Source of the DNA: an uncultured Actinomycetota bacterium
GTDB taxonomy: Bacteria > Actinomycetota > Actinomycetes > JAHEKZ01
Length of the DNA stretch: 64,000 bases
Reading direction: 5' to 3'
NCBI GenBank assembly: GCA_963743915.1
Contig: CAVURN010000002.1
Location: 1-64,000, forward strand
Of this stretch, positions 54,594-64,000 are shown piece by piece. Numbering within the stretch: position 1 is the stretch's first letter; each line of letters begins with the position of its first letter. Made by a program: the position numbers and the translations under genes. The notes under the pieces were generated by a model. That model did no database searches, was not told the origin of the DNA, and worked only from the letters and a program-made list of their open reading frames with translations.

Positions 54594-54902
54594 TCAGTCC
54601 TCGGTGTGGAGCACCCGGGTGAGCCAGTCCTCGCGTGTCTCGTCACCTTCGAGGCAGAACGTGGTGAAGGCGTACTCACGGGCGTCAGCCCACGCCTGGG
54701 TGAAGTCGAGACCGAGCGACCGGAAGCGGGTGAGCAGAGTGGCCGCGTCCGACGGGTTGCTCTGTGCCCAGGTCGCCTCTCCGCTCAATCGCTGTTCCGC
54801 CCGGAGGCTGGCCTCGTCGCCGTACCGATCCGCGAGTGACGCGCGCCAGGTCGCCGCCGATTCGCAGCGCGCGATGAAGCCACGCAGCTGGCCGTGAGCC
54901 AT
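54594..54902 (-). CDS. Hypothetical protein
   Basis: 102-aa ORF with natural composition and a purine-rich upstream sequence. Confidence 0.5.
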   Translation of the reverse strand: MAHGQLRGFIARCESAATWRASLADRYGDEASLRAEQRLSGEATWAQSNPSDAATLLTRFRSLGLDFTQAWADAREYAFTTFCLEGDETREDWLTRVLHTED

Positions 54903-55413
54903 CGTGATCCCGTCCCCGAAGTGATCCCTACACCTTTCATCGGTCGTGCTGACCGGCCGGCGGTAGCGCTGTTCGATCTAGCCCGCAGGGACTAGTCGGG
55001 GGTGGCGCGAACGCAAGGGGAGGCGCGGGCTACAGGACAAAGGAGCGGTCCCCGACCACGACGGGGGATACGTGGCCGAGAACCGCTGCGACTCACGCTA
55101 GTGAGCGTGGGGGCGTCGTGTCATGTGAATGGCGGATCAGGACGTGCGCCGCCAGGATCGCCATCGGCGAGCCGTGGGGTCGCGTGCGCAAGGTGGGACG
55201 AGCGACCCCACCGCACCCCCGCTACCGCGCCCCCGGGGTTACGTGCCTCCATCGCTTGCCGAACCAAACATGGAGCAGTTTCGGGTCGGCACGTCGTCCG
55301 CACGAAGTGCGGTGCCGGTCGCCCAGGATGGCGCCGAGGACCGCGACCTGCGGTTGGCGATGTGCGGACGCTGCCTTTGGCTGCCTCTGCGGGTGCAGGC
55401 TCAGTGCGAGGAA

Positions 55414-55449
55414 CCGTGGGGCCCGGGATGGAGGTGCCGGGCCCCACGG
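55414..55449. other. Perfect 13-bp stem hairpin in a long non-coding tract
   Basis: CCGTGGGGCCCGG-gatggaggtg-CCGGGCCCCACGG. Confidence 0.7.
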
Positions 55450-55798
55450 CCTTCCCCCCTGGCGTCCCCCCGGGTCTGTCACTCCATCGCTGTCGGGCGC
55501 AATTTCGTAACACCCCGGGTTGGCGCTCGGGACTCCGTGAGGCCCCGCCTGGGTGCTCGGGGGAACAGGGAAGGCGAGGTCCCACGGGTCCTTGTGCGAG
55601 CCCTGTCCGCAGCGGGCGGCGATAAACGGGGTACTGGGCCCGGCGGGGGCCGGGCTCCGCAAGACCAGGAAGGTTTGGACGCCCCGCGCGGCGGAAGAAC
55701 AGCTTGGAAGGAGCTGGGTCCGGAGCGGGGCGCGTCCCCAAGGCGGCGGGCACGACCAGTGAGAGCGGGCCTGTTTAGGGCACCGACCTGCACAAACG

Positions 55799-55877
55799 TG
55801 GTGGGCGATACTGGGACTTGAACCAGTGACCTCTTCCGTGTCAGGGAAGCGCGCTAGCCAGACTGCGCCAATCGCCC
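55799..55877 (-). tRNA. tRNA-Val(GAC), CCA encoded, one extra base in the T arm
   Basis: GGGCGAT/ATCGCCC acceptor stem, CTTCC-CTGACAC-GGAAG anticodon arm and TTCAAGT loop. Confidence 0.92.
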
Positions 55878-55888
55878 TCGGTACTGCG

Positions 55889-55959
55889 AGGTGGAGACGG
55901 GATTTGAACCCGTGTAGACGGCTTTGCAGGCCGTTGCCTCGCCTCTCGGCCACTCCACC
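55889..55959 (-). tRNA. tRNA-Cys(GCA)
   Basis: GGTGGAG/CTCCACC acceptor stem, ACGGC-CTGCAAA-GCCGT anticodon arm and TTCAAAT loop. Confidence 0.95.
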
Positions 55960-55997
55960 GGAGCAGGCCGCCCAGCTGGACTGGGCGAGACCCTCCG

Positions 55998-56070
55998 AGC
56001 GGACGACGGGATTCGAACCCGCGACCCTCACCTTGGCAAGGTGATGCGCTACCAGCTGCGCTACGTCCGC
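55998..56070 (-). tRNA. tRNA-Gly(GCC)
   Basis: GCGGACG/CGTCCGC acceptor stem, CACC-TTGCCAA-GGTG anticodon arm and TTCGAAT loop. Confidence 0.96.
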
Positions 56071-56212
56071 GACTCCAGCCCTCGCGAGGACCGGCCCGGT
56101 AACGATAGCCGATCGCGACAGAGCACCTCAAAAGGGGCCGCGACCTGCGAGGACGCGCTGGCGTGGTGGTTGTGGAACGGCTCCGCCACGGGGGCGGCGG
56201 GGAGGGGATAGC

Positions 56213-57790
56213 GTGACGGCCGTGCAGAACGGCGGACCCGTGGTGGTCACTGGTGATGCGTTGACGCTCGACGAGGTCGTCGATGTCGCGCGCGGACGGC
56301 GTGGCGCGTCTCTCGACGCGTCCGTGGCGGCACGCATGGCGCCGACCCGTGAGGTGGTCGAACAGGCCGTGGCCGAGAACCGGGTCATGTACGGCATCAC
56401 CACGGGTTTCGGCGCCCTGGCCAACACGCGGATTGCACCAGGTGACCTGGCCGCGATGCAGCTCGCGCTGGTGCGCTCCCACGCAGCCGGCGTCGGCGAC
56501 CCGGTCAACGACGACGTCGTCAGGGCGCTGCTGCTGCTGAGGGCGCGCACCTTGGCTGCCGGCATCAGCGGAGTCCGGGTCGAGCTGCCGGAGCGGCTGC
56601 TGCTCCTCCTCGGACGTGGGCTGCTGCCCGTCGTTCCGGAGAAGGGTTCGGTGGGAGCCTCCGGTGACCTCGCTCAGCTGGCCCACCTCGCCCTGCCTCT
56701 GGTGGGGGAGGGCCGACTGCGACGTGTCGGCGATGCCGACCCGTGGGGCCGGCCCGCTGCCGAGGTGCTGGCGGAGGAGGGGATCGAGCCGCTCGTGCTC
56801 CAGCCCAAGGAAGGGCTGAGCCTGATCAACGGCACCGAGCCGATGCAGGCCCGGCTGGCCCTGTCGGTCGACCAGGCGCGTCTGCTCGCCAAGGTCGCCG
56901 ACCTGGCCTGCGCCATGTCCCTCGACGGTCTGCTCGGCACCGACCGCGCGTTCGATCCCAGGGTGATCGACATCCGCCCGCACGACGGCCAGCTGCGCGT
57001 CGCCGACAACTTGCGCCGGCTGCTCAGTGGTTCGGGCCTGCTGGCCAGCCACCGTCATGACCTCGAGCACGCCGTCCAGGACTCCTACTCGCTGCGCTGC
57101 GCACCCCAGGTGCACGGAGCGGTGCGTGACGTCCTGGCGCACGTCACGTCGGTGCTCGGTGTCGAGCTCGGCTCCGTCGTCGACAACCCGGTCATCGTCG
57201 CCACCCCCGACGGCAGCGACTACGAGGTGATGTCGACCGGCAACTTCCACGGTGAACCACTGGCGTTCGCCGGGGACATGCTGGCGATCGCGCTGTCGGA
57301 GTTCGCCTCGATCAGCGAACGCCGCACCGACCGGATGCTCGACCCCGCCTTCTCGCGCGGCCTGCCTCCGTTCCTGGCGCCGAACGCAGGCACCAACAGC
57401 GGCTACATGCTCGCCCAGTACACCGCCGCGTCCTTGGTGAGCGAGAACAAGGTGCTCGCCCATCCGAGCAGCGTCGACACCATTCCGACCTCCGGCAACC
57501 AGGAGGACCACGTGTCGATGGGATGGACGTCGATGCGCAAGCTGCGCGACGTCGTCCGCAACGTGCGCAGCGTCCTGGCGGTCGAGATGGTGTGCGCTGC
57601 GCAGGCCATCGACCTGCGTGCAGAGACCGCCGCGCCGAGTCCCGCCGTGGGTGCCGCCCACCGTCTGCTGCGTCAGCACGTGCCCGCCATGAACGTCGAC
57701 CGGGAGGTGGCGCCGCAGATCTCCGCAGTCGACGCGCTGCTGCCCGAGCTCGTCGCTGCAGCCGAGGACGTGGTGGGGCCGCTTGGCTGA
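56213..57790 (+). CDS. hutH: Histidine ammonia-lyase
   Basis: YGITTGFG, LVRSHAAG (His-specific SH), MIO motif GASGDL, QDSYSLRC and QEDHVSM. Confidence 0.94.
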   Translation: MTAVQNGGPVVVTGDALTLDEVVDVARGRRGASLDASVAARMAPTREVVEQAVAENRVMYGITTGFGALANTRIAPGDLAAMQLALVRSHAAGVGDPVNDDVVRALLLLRARTLAAGISGVRVELPERLLLLLGRGLLPVVPEKGSVGASGDLAQLAHLALPLVGEGRLRRVGDADPWGRPAAEVLAEEGIEPLVLQPKEGLSLINGTEPMQARLALSVDQARLLAKVADLACAMSLDGLLGTDRAFDPRVIDIRPHDGQLRVADNLRRLLSGSGLLASHRHDLEHAVQDSYSLRCAPQVHGAVRDVLAHVTSVLGVELGSVVDNPVIVATPDGSDYEVMSTGNFHGEPLAFAGDMLAIALSEFASISERRTDRMLDPAFSRGLPPFLAPNAGTNSGYMLAQYTAASLVSENKVLAHPSSVDTIPTSGNQEDHVSMGWTSMRKLRDVVRNVRSVLAVEMVCAAQAIDLRAETAAPSPAVGAAHRLLRQHVPAMNVDREVAPQISAVDALLPELVAAAEDVVGPLG

Positions 57791-58787
57791 GCCGTTGGCC
57801 CGCTTCGGAGACCTGCTCGCCACCGGCCTCCTCGACGTCACGCACGACCCGGCAGTCCTCGACACGGGTGGCTGGTGGGCGGTGGTGCTCACGTACGAGG
57901 GCGAGCTGACGGCTGCTCGTTTCGAGCAGGTGGACAGAGGAACCCTGCCGACCGCCGAGTGGCGCGGTCTGGCGCGTGACGCCTGGACGTCATCGATGTC
58001 GCGCGAGCAGTACGTGGCCGCGGTAGAGGCGACTCGCGAAGCGATCGCGGCCGGCACGGTGTACCAGACCAACATCTGCCGCGTGCTGTCCGCCGAACGC
58101 GCAGGGCGTGACCTGCTGGGGCTCGCCGGACTGCTCGAGCGTGAACATCCCGCTCCGCACAGCGGCGTCGTCCTGCTGCCCGAGGACGGTGTCGAGGTGG
58201 CGTCAGCGTCCCCCGAGCTCTTTCTGCGCCGCGACGGCCGGCGCATCGAGTCGTCCCCGATCAAGGGCACGGGCCGCTCCAGCGAGGACCTGCTCGACAA
58301 GGACACCGCAGAGAACGTGATGATCGTGGACCTCGTCCGCAACGACCTCGGGCGTGTGGCGCGTTCGGGCAGCGTCACCGTGCCCTCGCTGCTCAGGCAC
58401 GAGGAGCACCCCGGTCTGGTACACCTCGTCTCCACGGTCGCCGCCGACCTGCGGGACGACGTGGGCTGGACCGAGATCCTCGCGGCGACGTTCCCCCCGG
58501 GGTCGGTGACGGGAGCACCCAAGCACACGGCGTGTCAGCTGATCGACGCCTTGGAGACCGCGCCCCGTGGCCCGTACTGCGGTGCGGTGGGGTGGGTCGA
58601 TGCCGACGCCGGACGCGCCGAGCTCGCCGTCGGCATCCGGACGTTCTGGGCCGATGCAGACCGGGTGCTCTTCGGTACGGGTGCGGGGATCACCTGGGGC
58701 TCGGACCCGGACCGCGAGTGGGACGAGACCGAGCTCAAGGCCGAGCGGCTGCTCACTGTCGCCGCCCACGGCGCACCTTTGGGGTAA
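57783..58787 (+). CDS. Chorismate-binding enzyme (PabB/TrpE-like)
   Basis: YQTN, ASPELF, PIKGT, ENVMIVDLVRNDL, FPPGSVTGAPK and IRT motifs. Confidence 0.9.
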   Translation: MAEPLARFGDLLATGLLDVTHDPAVLDTGGWWAVVLTYEGELTAARFEQVDRGTLPTAEWRGLARDAWTSSMSREQYVAAVEATREAIAAGTVYQTNICRVLSAERAGRDLLGLAGLLEREHPAPHSGVVLLPEDGVEVASASPELFLRRDGRRIESSPIKGTGRSSEDLLDKDTAENVMIVDLVRNDLGRVARSGSVTVPSLLRHEEHPGLVHLVSTVAADLRDDVGWTEILAATFPPGSVTGAPKHTACQLIDALETAPRGPYCGAVGWVDADAGRAELAVGIRTFWADADRVLFGTGAGITWGSDPDREWDETELKAERLLTVAAHGAPLG

Positions 58788-58837
58788 CTTCTCCGGGTCA
58801 TAGGGCCGACGAGTTTCCCCGAAGGTGCGTGGTCGCG

Positions 58838-59666
58838 ATGAAGGTGTGGGTCAACGGGGTCATCAGCGAGCCGGACGCCGCGCGCATCTCACCGTTCGAC
58901 CACGGCTTCACGGTGGGCGACGGCGTCTTCGAGACGTGCAAGGTGACCGACGGCGTCCCCTTCGCGCTCAGCCGTCACCTCCGTCGGCTGGACCGCTCCG
59001 CGTCCGGCCTCGGCCTGCCGGCTCCTGACCACGAGGTCATCCGCACCGGCGTCAAGGAGCTGCTCGGCGTCGAGCCGGCAGCCGGACGGCTCCGCATCAC
59101 CGTCACCGGCGGCCCGGGGCCCCTCGGCTCCGACCGCGGGGACGACGGGACGACGGTGACCCTCGCAGTGTCACCGGAGAGTGCGTGGGAGGACGCGACC
59201 AGCGTCGCGGTCGTGCCGTGGGTGCGGAACGAGCGCTCCGCGGTCGCCGGACTGAAGACCACGTCGTACGCGGAGAACGTCGTGGCCCTCGACCGGGCGC
59301 ACGCACTGCACTCCAGCGAGGCGATCTTCGCCAACACGGCGGGGCAGCTCTGCGAGGGCACGGGAAGCAACATCTTCGTCGTGCTGGGTGGCCGGCTGGT
59401 GACCCCGACGCTCGCCAGCGGCTGCCTTGCCGGCATCACCCGAGAGCTCGTCCTGGAGTGGACCGATGCCGACGAGCTGCGACGCCCCGCTCGAGAGCCT
59501 GCGCTCGGCCGACGAGGCGTTTCTCACCTCGTCCACCCGTGACGTGCAGCCGATCCGCCAGGTGGTGTGGGGGGACGGCGACGTGCAGTCGCTGCCGGTC
59601 GGATCGATCAGCACGGCTGCTCGCGCAACGTTTGCCGAGCGCGCCGCGTCCACCCCCGACCCCTGA
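58838..59666 (+). CDS. Class IV aminotransferase (PabC/IlvE-like), +1 frameshift near 59479
   Basis: GDGVFET, HLRRL, LKTTSY, EGTGSN and CLAGITR; ADEAFLTSS in the next frame. Confidence 0.87.
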
Positions 59667-59707
59667 CCCCTCCGCCGTGGGCGAGACCCCCACCCCGGCG
59701 ACCCGCA

Positions 59708-60319
59708 TCACGAGGGGATCAGGCCCTCCACCCGCGCCCCGATGTCGTCGGGCATCTCCTCGGCCCGGAAGACCGTCGCACCCACCGTCACGCTCGGCGC
59801 GGTGGTGATTCCCATGGCCCATGCGTCCGCCTGCTCGGCGCGCAGAGCGGCATGCATTTCGGGAGCGTCGAAGTACTCCGCCACCCAGTCGCCGAGCCAC
59901 TCGCCGTCCCGTCCTGCAGTGGCGACCAGGTGCTGCAGCCCGAGCTCGCGCAGCGTCCGCAGGTCGCGCTGCAGGTGGAAGAGGTAGCTCCACGGAGCGT
60001 CGTAGTCGAGCGGCACCAGCTCGTCGCCCGCGTTGCGCAGGACGGCCCAGGCCCGCACCGCCAGGATGCAGCGGGCGGTGACCATGCTCAGCTCGTCGGC
60101 GGGGTCGGGCAGGAGCCGGAGCGCGATCTCGTGATGGCCGCGGAACCGCCAGGGACGGCCGCCGTTGGCGTGACCGTCGACGTCCAGGTACGGAAGGAAG
60201 AGGCCGGTGGCGAGCGACGCCGGATCGACCCACACGCTGAGCGCGGCAGGACGTCGTTGGGCGAGGAGCGAGTCGAGGTCAGGGCGATCGTCTCCGGGTC
60301 CGTTCCACGACTCCGCCAT
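59708..60319 (-). CDS. DsbA/FrnE-like thioredoxin-fold protein lacking the CxxC motif
   Basis: LSVWVDPASL at the active-site position; AWAMGITTAPSVTVG cis-Pro segment. Confidence 0.55.
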   Translation of the reverse strand: MAESWNGPGDDRPDLDSLLAQRRPAALSVWVDPASLATGLFLPYLDVDGHANGGRPWRFRGHHEIALRLLPDPADELSMVTARCILAVRAWAVLRNAGDELVPLDYDAPWSYLFHLQRDLRTLRELGLQHLVATAGRDGEWLGDWVAEYFDAPEMHAALRAEQADAWAMGITTAPSVTVGATVFRAEEMPDDIGARVEGLIPS

Positions 60320-60422
60320 GGTGTCCACCTCCCGCTGCTGGGGTTAGTGTGCCTCGCAGAGGCGCTGTCGACACGGGTTTTCGGCAGCGGACTCGACCCA
60401 GCGGCGACGTCAGGAGTCGGAC

Positions 60423-62120
<1,698 letters not shown>

Positions 62121-62135
62121 GTCCCAGCCCTCACC

Positions 62136-62185
62136 ACAACGTGTAGGAATCGTGGGCCTATGACCCCACAGATCCCACACGTTGT
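62136..62185. terminator. Imperfect long hairpin between convergent genes
   Basis: ACAACGTGT...GTGGG...CCCAC...ACACGTTGT. Confidence 0.55.
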
Positions 62186-62187
62186 CG

Positions 62188-63291
62188 TCAGGCGGTCCAG
62201 ATCACGTCGGGCGACAGGTCGACGACTCGGGGAGCACCCAGCAATCCCATGGCCATCGCCAGCTCGCTCCACAGCGTCTCGACGACCCACGTGACGCCCG
62301 CGGACCCACCGACGGTCAGGCCCCAGATGGCCGGACGCCCCACGAGCACCGCCGTGGCCCCGAGCGCCAGGGCCTTCGCCACGTCCGTGCCGCGGCGGAT
62401 GCCGCCGTCGACCAGCACCGGCACCGCTCCGTCGACCGCCTTCACCACGCCGGGAAGCGCCTGCGCGGTGGGGACGACGGTGTCGAGGTTCCGCGCACCG
62501 TGGTTGCTCACCATCACTCCGCTCGCCCCGGCGTCCACGCAGTGCCGCGCGTCGTCGGCGCGTATCACTCCCTTGGTGAGGACCGGCACGGGCGAGACGT
62601 CCACCAGCCACTCGAGCGTGTCCCACGTCAGGCTCGGGTCGAGGTGCAGGTTGTAGATGCGCTCGTGGGGCCGGGGGTTCGTCGGCAGCGTCACCGAGTG
62701 CGGTGCGCCTTCCAGGGGCGGCGGCTGCATGCCGTCGACGGTGTGCCCGCCCAGCCGCCGGTCCCGGTCGCGGGCGCCCAGCACAGGGGTGTCGACCGTG
62801 AGCACCAGTGCCTCGGCGCCCGCCTCCACCGCCTGCATCACCAGTCGCTCGGTGAAGCCCAGGTCCGCCTGCACGTAGAGCTGGAACCACCACGGCGAGT
62901 CGGACGCCGCACCGAGCTCGGCGAGCGTGCTCGACCCGAGAGTGCTCATCACGGTCAGGGCGTCGGCTGCAGCGGCACCCCGACGCGAAGCCACCTCTCC
63001 TTCCGGGTGGTAGTTGCGGTGCGCGGCGGTCGGGGCGAGCAGCAGCGGGTGTGCAAGCCGACGCCCGAGCAGCTCGACGGTGGTGTCCACGCGTGCGACG
63101 TCGACCAGCACCCGTGGCGCGAGGCGGAGGTCACGCCACGCCTGCTCGTTCCAACCGAGGGACGTCTCATCGGCCGCCCCGCCGGCGACGTAGTTCCAGA
63201 TCGGCTCCGGCAGTCGTTCGCGTGCGTATGCCTCGAGGTCACGGACGCTGACCGCGTCGACAGGCACGGTCGACTCCACACGAGGCTCCAC
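62188..63291 (-). CDS. FMN-dependent alpha-hydroxy acid oxidase/dehydrogenase
   Basis: LAPTA, WFQLY, LTVDTP, SNHGARNLD and DGGIRRGTD motifs. Confidence 0.92.
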   Translation of the reverse strand: MEPRVESTVPVDAVSVRDLEAYARERLPEPIWNYVAGGAADETSLGWNEQAWRDLRLAPRVLVDVARVDTTVELLGRRLAHPLLLAPTAAHRNYHPEGEVASRRGAAAADALTVMSTLGSSTLAELGAASDSPWWFQLYVQADLGFTERLVMQAVEAGAEALVLTVDTPVLGARDRDRRLGGHTVDGMQPPPLEGAPHSVTLPTNPRPHERIYNLHLDPSLTWDTLEWLVDVSPVPVLTKGVIRADDARHCVDAGASGVMVSNHGARNLDTVVPTAQALPGVVKAVDGAVPVLVDGGIRRGTDVAKALALGATAVLVGRPAIWGLTVGGSAGVTWVVETLWSELAMAMGLLGAPRVVDLSPDVIWTA

Positions 63292-63316
63292 GGGGGGAGC
63301 GTAGACGGGCGTCCGC

Positions 63317-64000
63317 GTGGGAGCATCGCCCCCGTGGAAGCGCCCCGCGGAGGACCTGCTCGTCCGGAACATCGGCCGGCTGCTGCCGATGCGCACCGAC
63401 GCCCACGAGGTGCTCCGCGACGCGGCGGTGGTCGTCCGCGACGGCGTCGTCACCTGGGTCGGTCCGGAGTCGCAGCTCGACGACGCAGACCGTGACCTCG
63501 CCACCCTGGACGCCGACGGGAGGGTGGTCGTCCCCGGCTTCGTCGACCCGCACACCCACCTGGTCTGGGCGGGCACGCGCCGCGAGGAGTTCGTCGCCCG
63601 GTTGGCGGGGACGCCCTACGACGGCGGCGGGATTCGCACCACGGTGGACGCGACGCGCGCCGCGTCCGACGAGCAGCTGTTCGAGCTCGCCGCCGCGCGG
63701 GGCCGACGGATGATCGGCCTGGGCACCACGACCGTCGAGATCAAGACCGGCTACGGCCTCAGCCCTGAGCACGAGCTGCGCTCGCTGGACGTGGCGGCCC
63801 GGCTGGGACGCGAGCTGCCGTGGCAGGTCGAGGCCACCTACCTCGGTGCTCACGTGGTTCCCGCGGGGCGCGAGCGGGAGGAGTACGTCCGCGAGGTCAT
63901 CGCCACCATCCCCGAGGCGGCAGCCCATGGCGCGCGTTGGGTCGACGTGTTCTGTGACGAAGGGGTCTTCACGATCGAGGAGACGCGGCGGATCCTGGTC
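63317..64000 (+). CDS. hutI: Imidazolonepropionase (partial, runs off the window)
   Basis: PGFVDPHTHLVWAG.R..EF, GTTTVEIKTGYGL, YLGAH and DVFCDEG motifs. Confidence 0.93.
   Translation, partial: MGASPPWKRPAEDLLVRNIGRLLPMRTDAHEVLRDAAVVVRDGVVTWVGPESQLDDADRDLATLDADGRVVVPGFVDPHTHLVWAGTRREEFVARLAGTPYDGGGIRTTVDATRAASDEQLFELAAARGRRMIGLGTTTVEIKTGYGLSPEHELRSLDVAARLGRELPWQVEATYLGAHVVPAGREREEYVREVIATIPEAAAHGARWVDVFCDEGVFTIEETRRILV

Noticed and set aside
54903-55798. RNase P RNA, tmRNA or group II intron
   Set aside because: Diagnostic motifs (GAGGAAAGTCC, tRNA-like ends with tag peptide, domain V) were not found on either strand.
55129-55821. 230-aa ORF on the + strand
   Set aside because: No RBS, no recognisable domain, weak codon bias, and it runs antisense into tRNA-Val.
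56213-57790. Phe/Tyr ammonia-lyase feeding a secondary metabolite with the chorismate enzyme
   Set aside because: The SH specificity motif and nearby hutU/hutI indicate an ordinary histidine ammonia-lyase.

Overview
High-GC actinobacterial chromosomal segment. The mostly core backbone runs: TRAM RNA methyltransferase, acnA, dxs, fadB/fadA, RNase D, hemE-hemG-hemQ, msrB, LigC-type ligase and its primase-polymerase partner, zapE, sir-cysH-cysG, tRNA Gly-Cys-Val, pabB/pabC-like genes and hutH/U/I. Two accessory blocks sit within it. The first (about 24.9-37.4 kb) holds a LuxR regulator with twin operators and a small surface protein, tandem secreted LamG-like proteins (third paralog at 16.3 kb), a fasciclin, a GT14 glycosyltransferase, two sulfotransferases and Wzx/Wzy/Wzz, which together suggest a sulfated surface-glycan and matrix system. 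The second (about 48.6-55.8 kb) holds an adenylation-carrier-acyltransferase fusion under an IdeR/DtxR-type iron box, small hypothetical genes, and a 900-bp stem-loop-rich non-coding tract next to tRNA-Val. Regulatory elements readable from the sequence are a TamR-type palindrome before acnA, a Cys leader peptide before sir, and many leaderless promoters. Several genes and tRNA-Val carry single-base insertions, most likely assembly errors. No CRISPR array, rRNA or intact mobile element was seen. All family assignments come from motif recognition by eye, not database searches.
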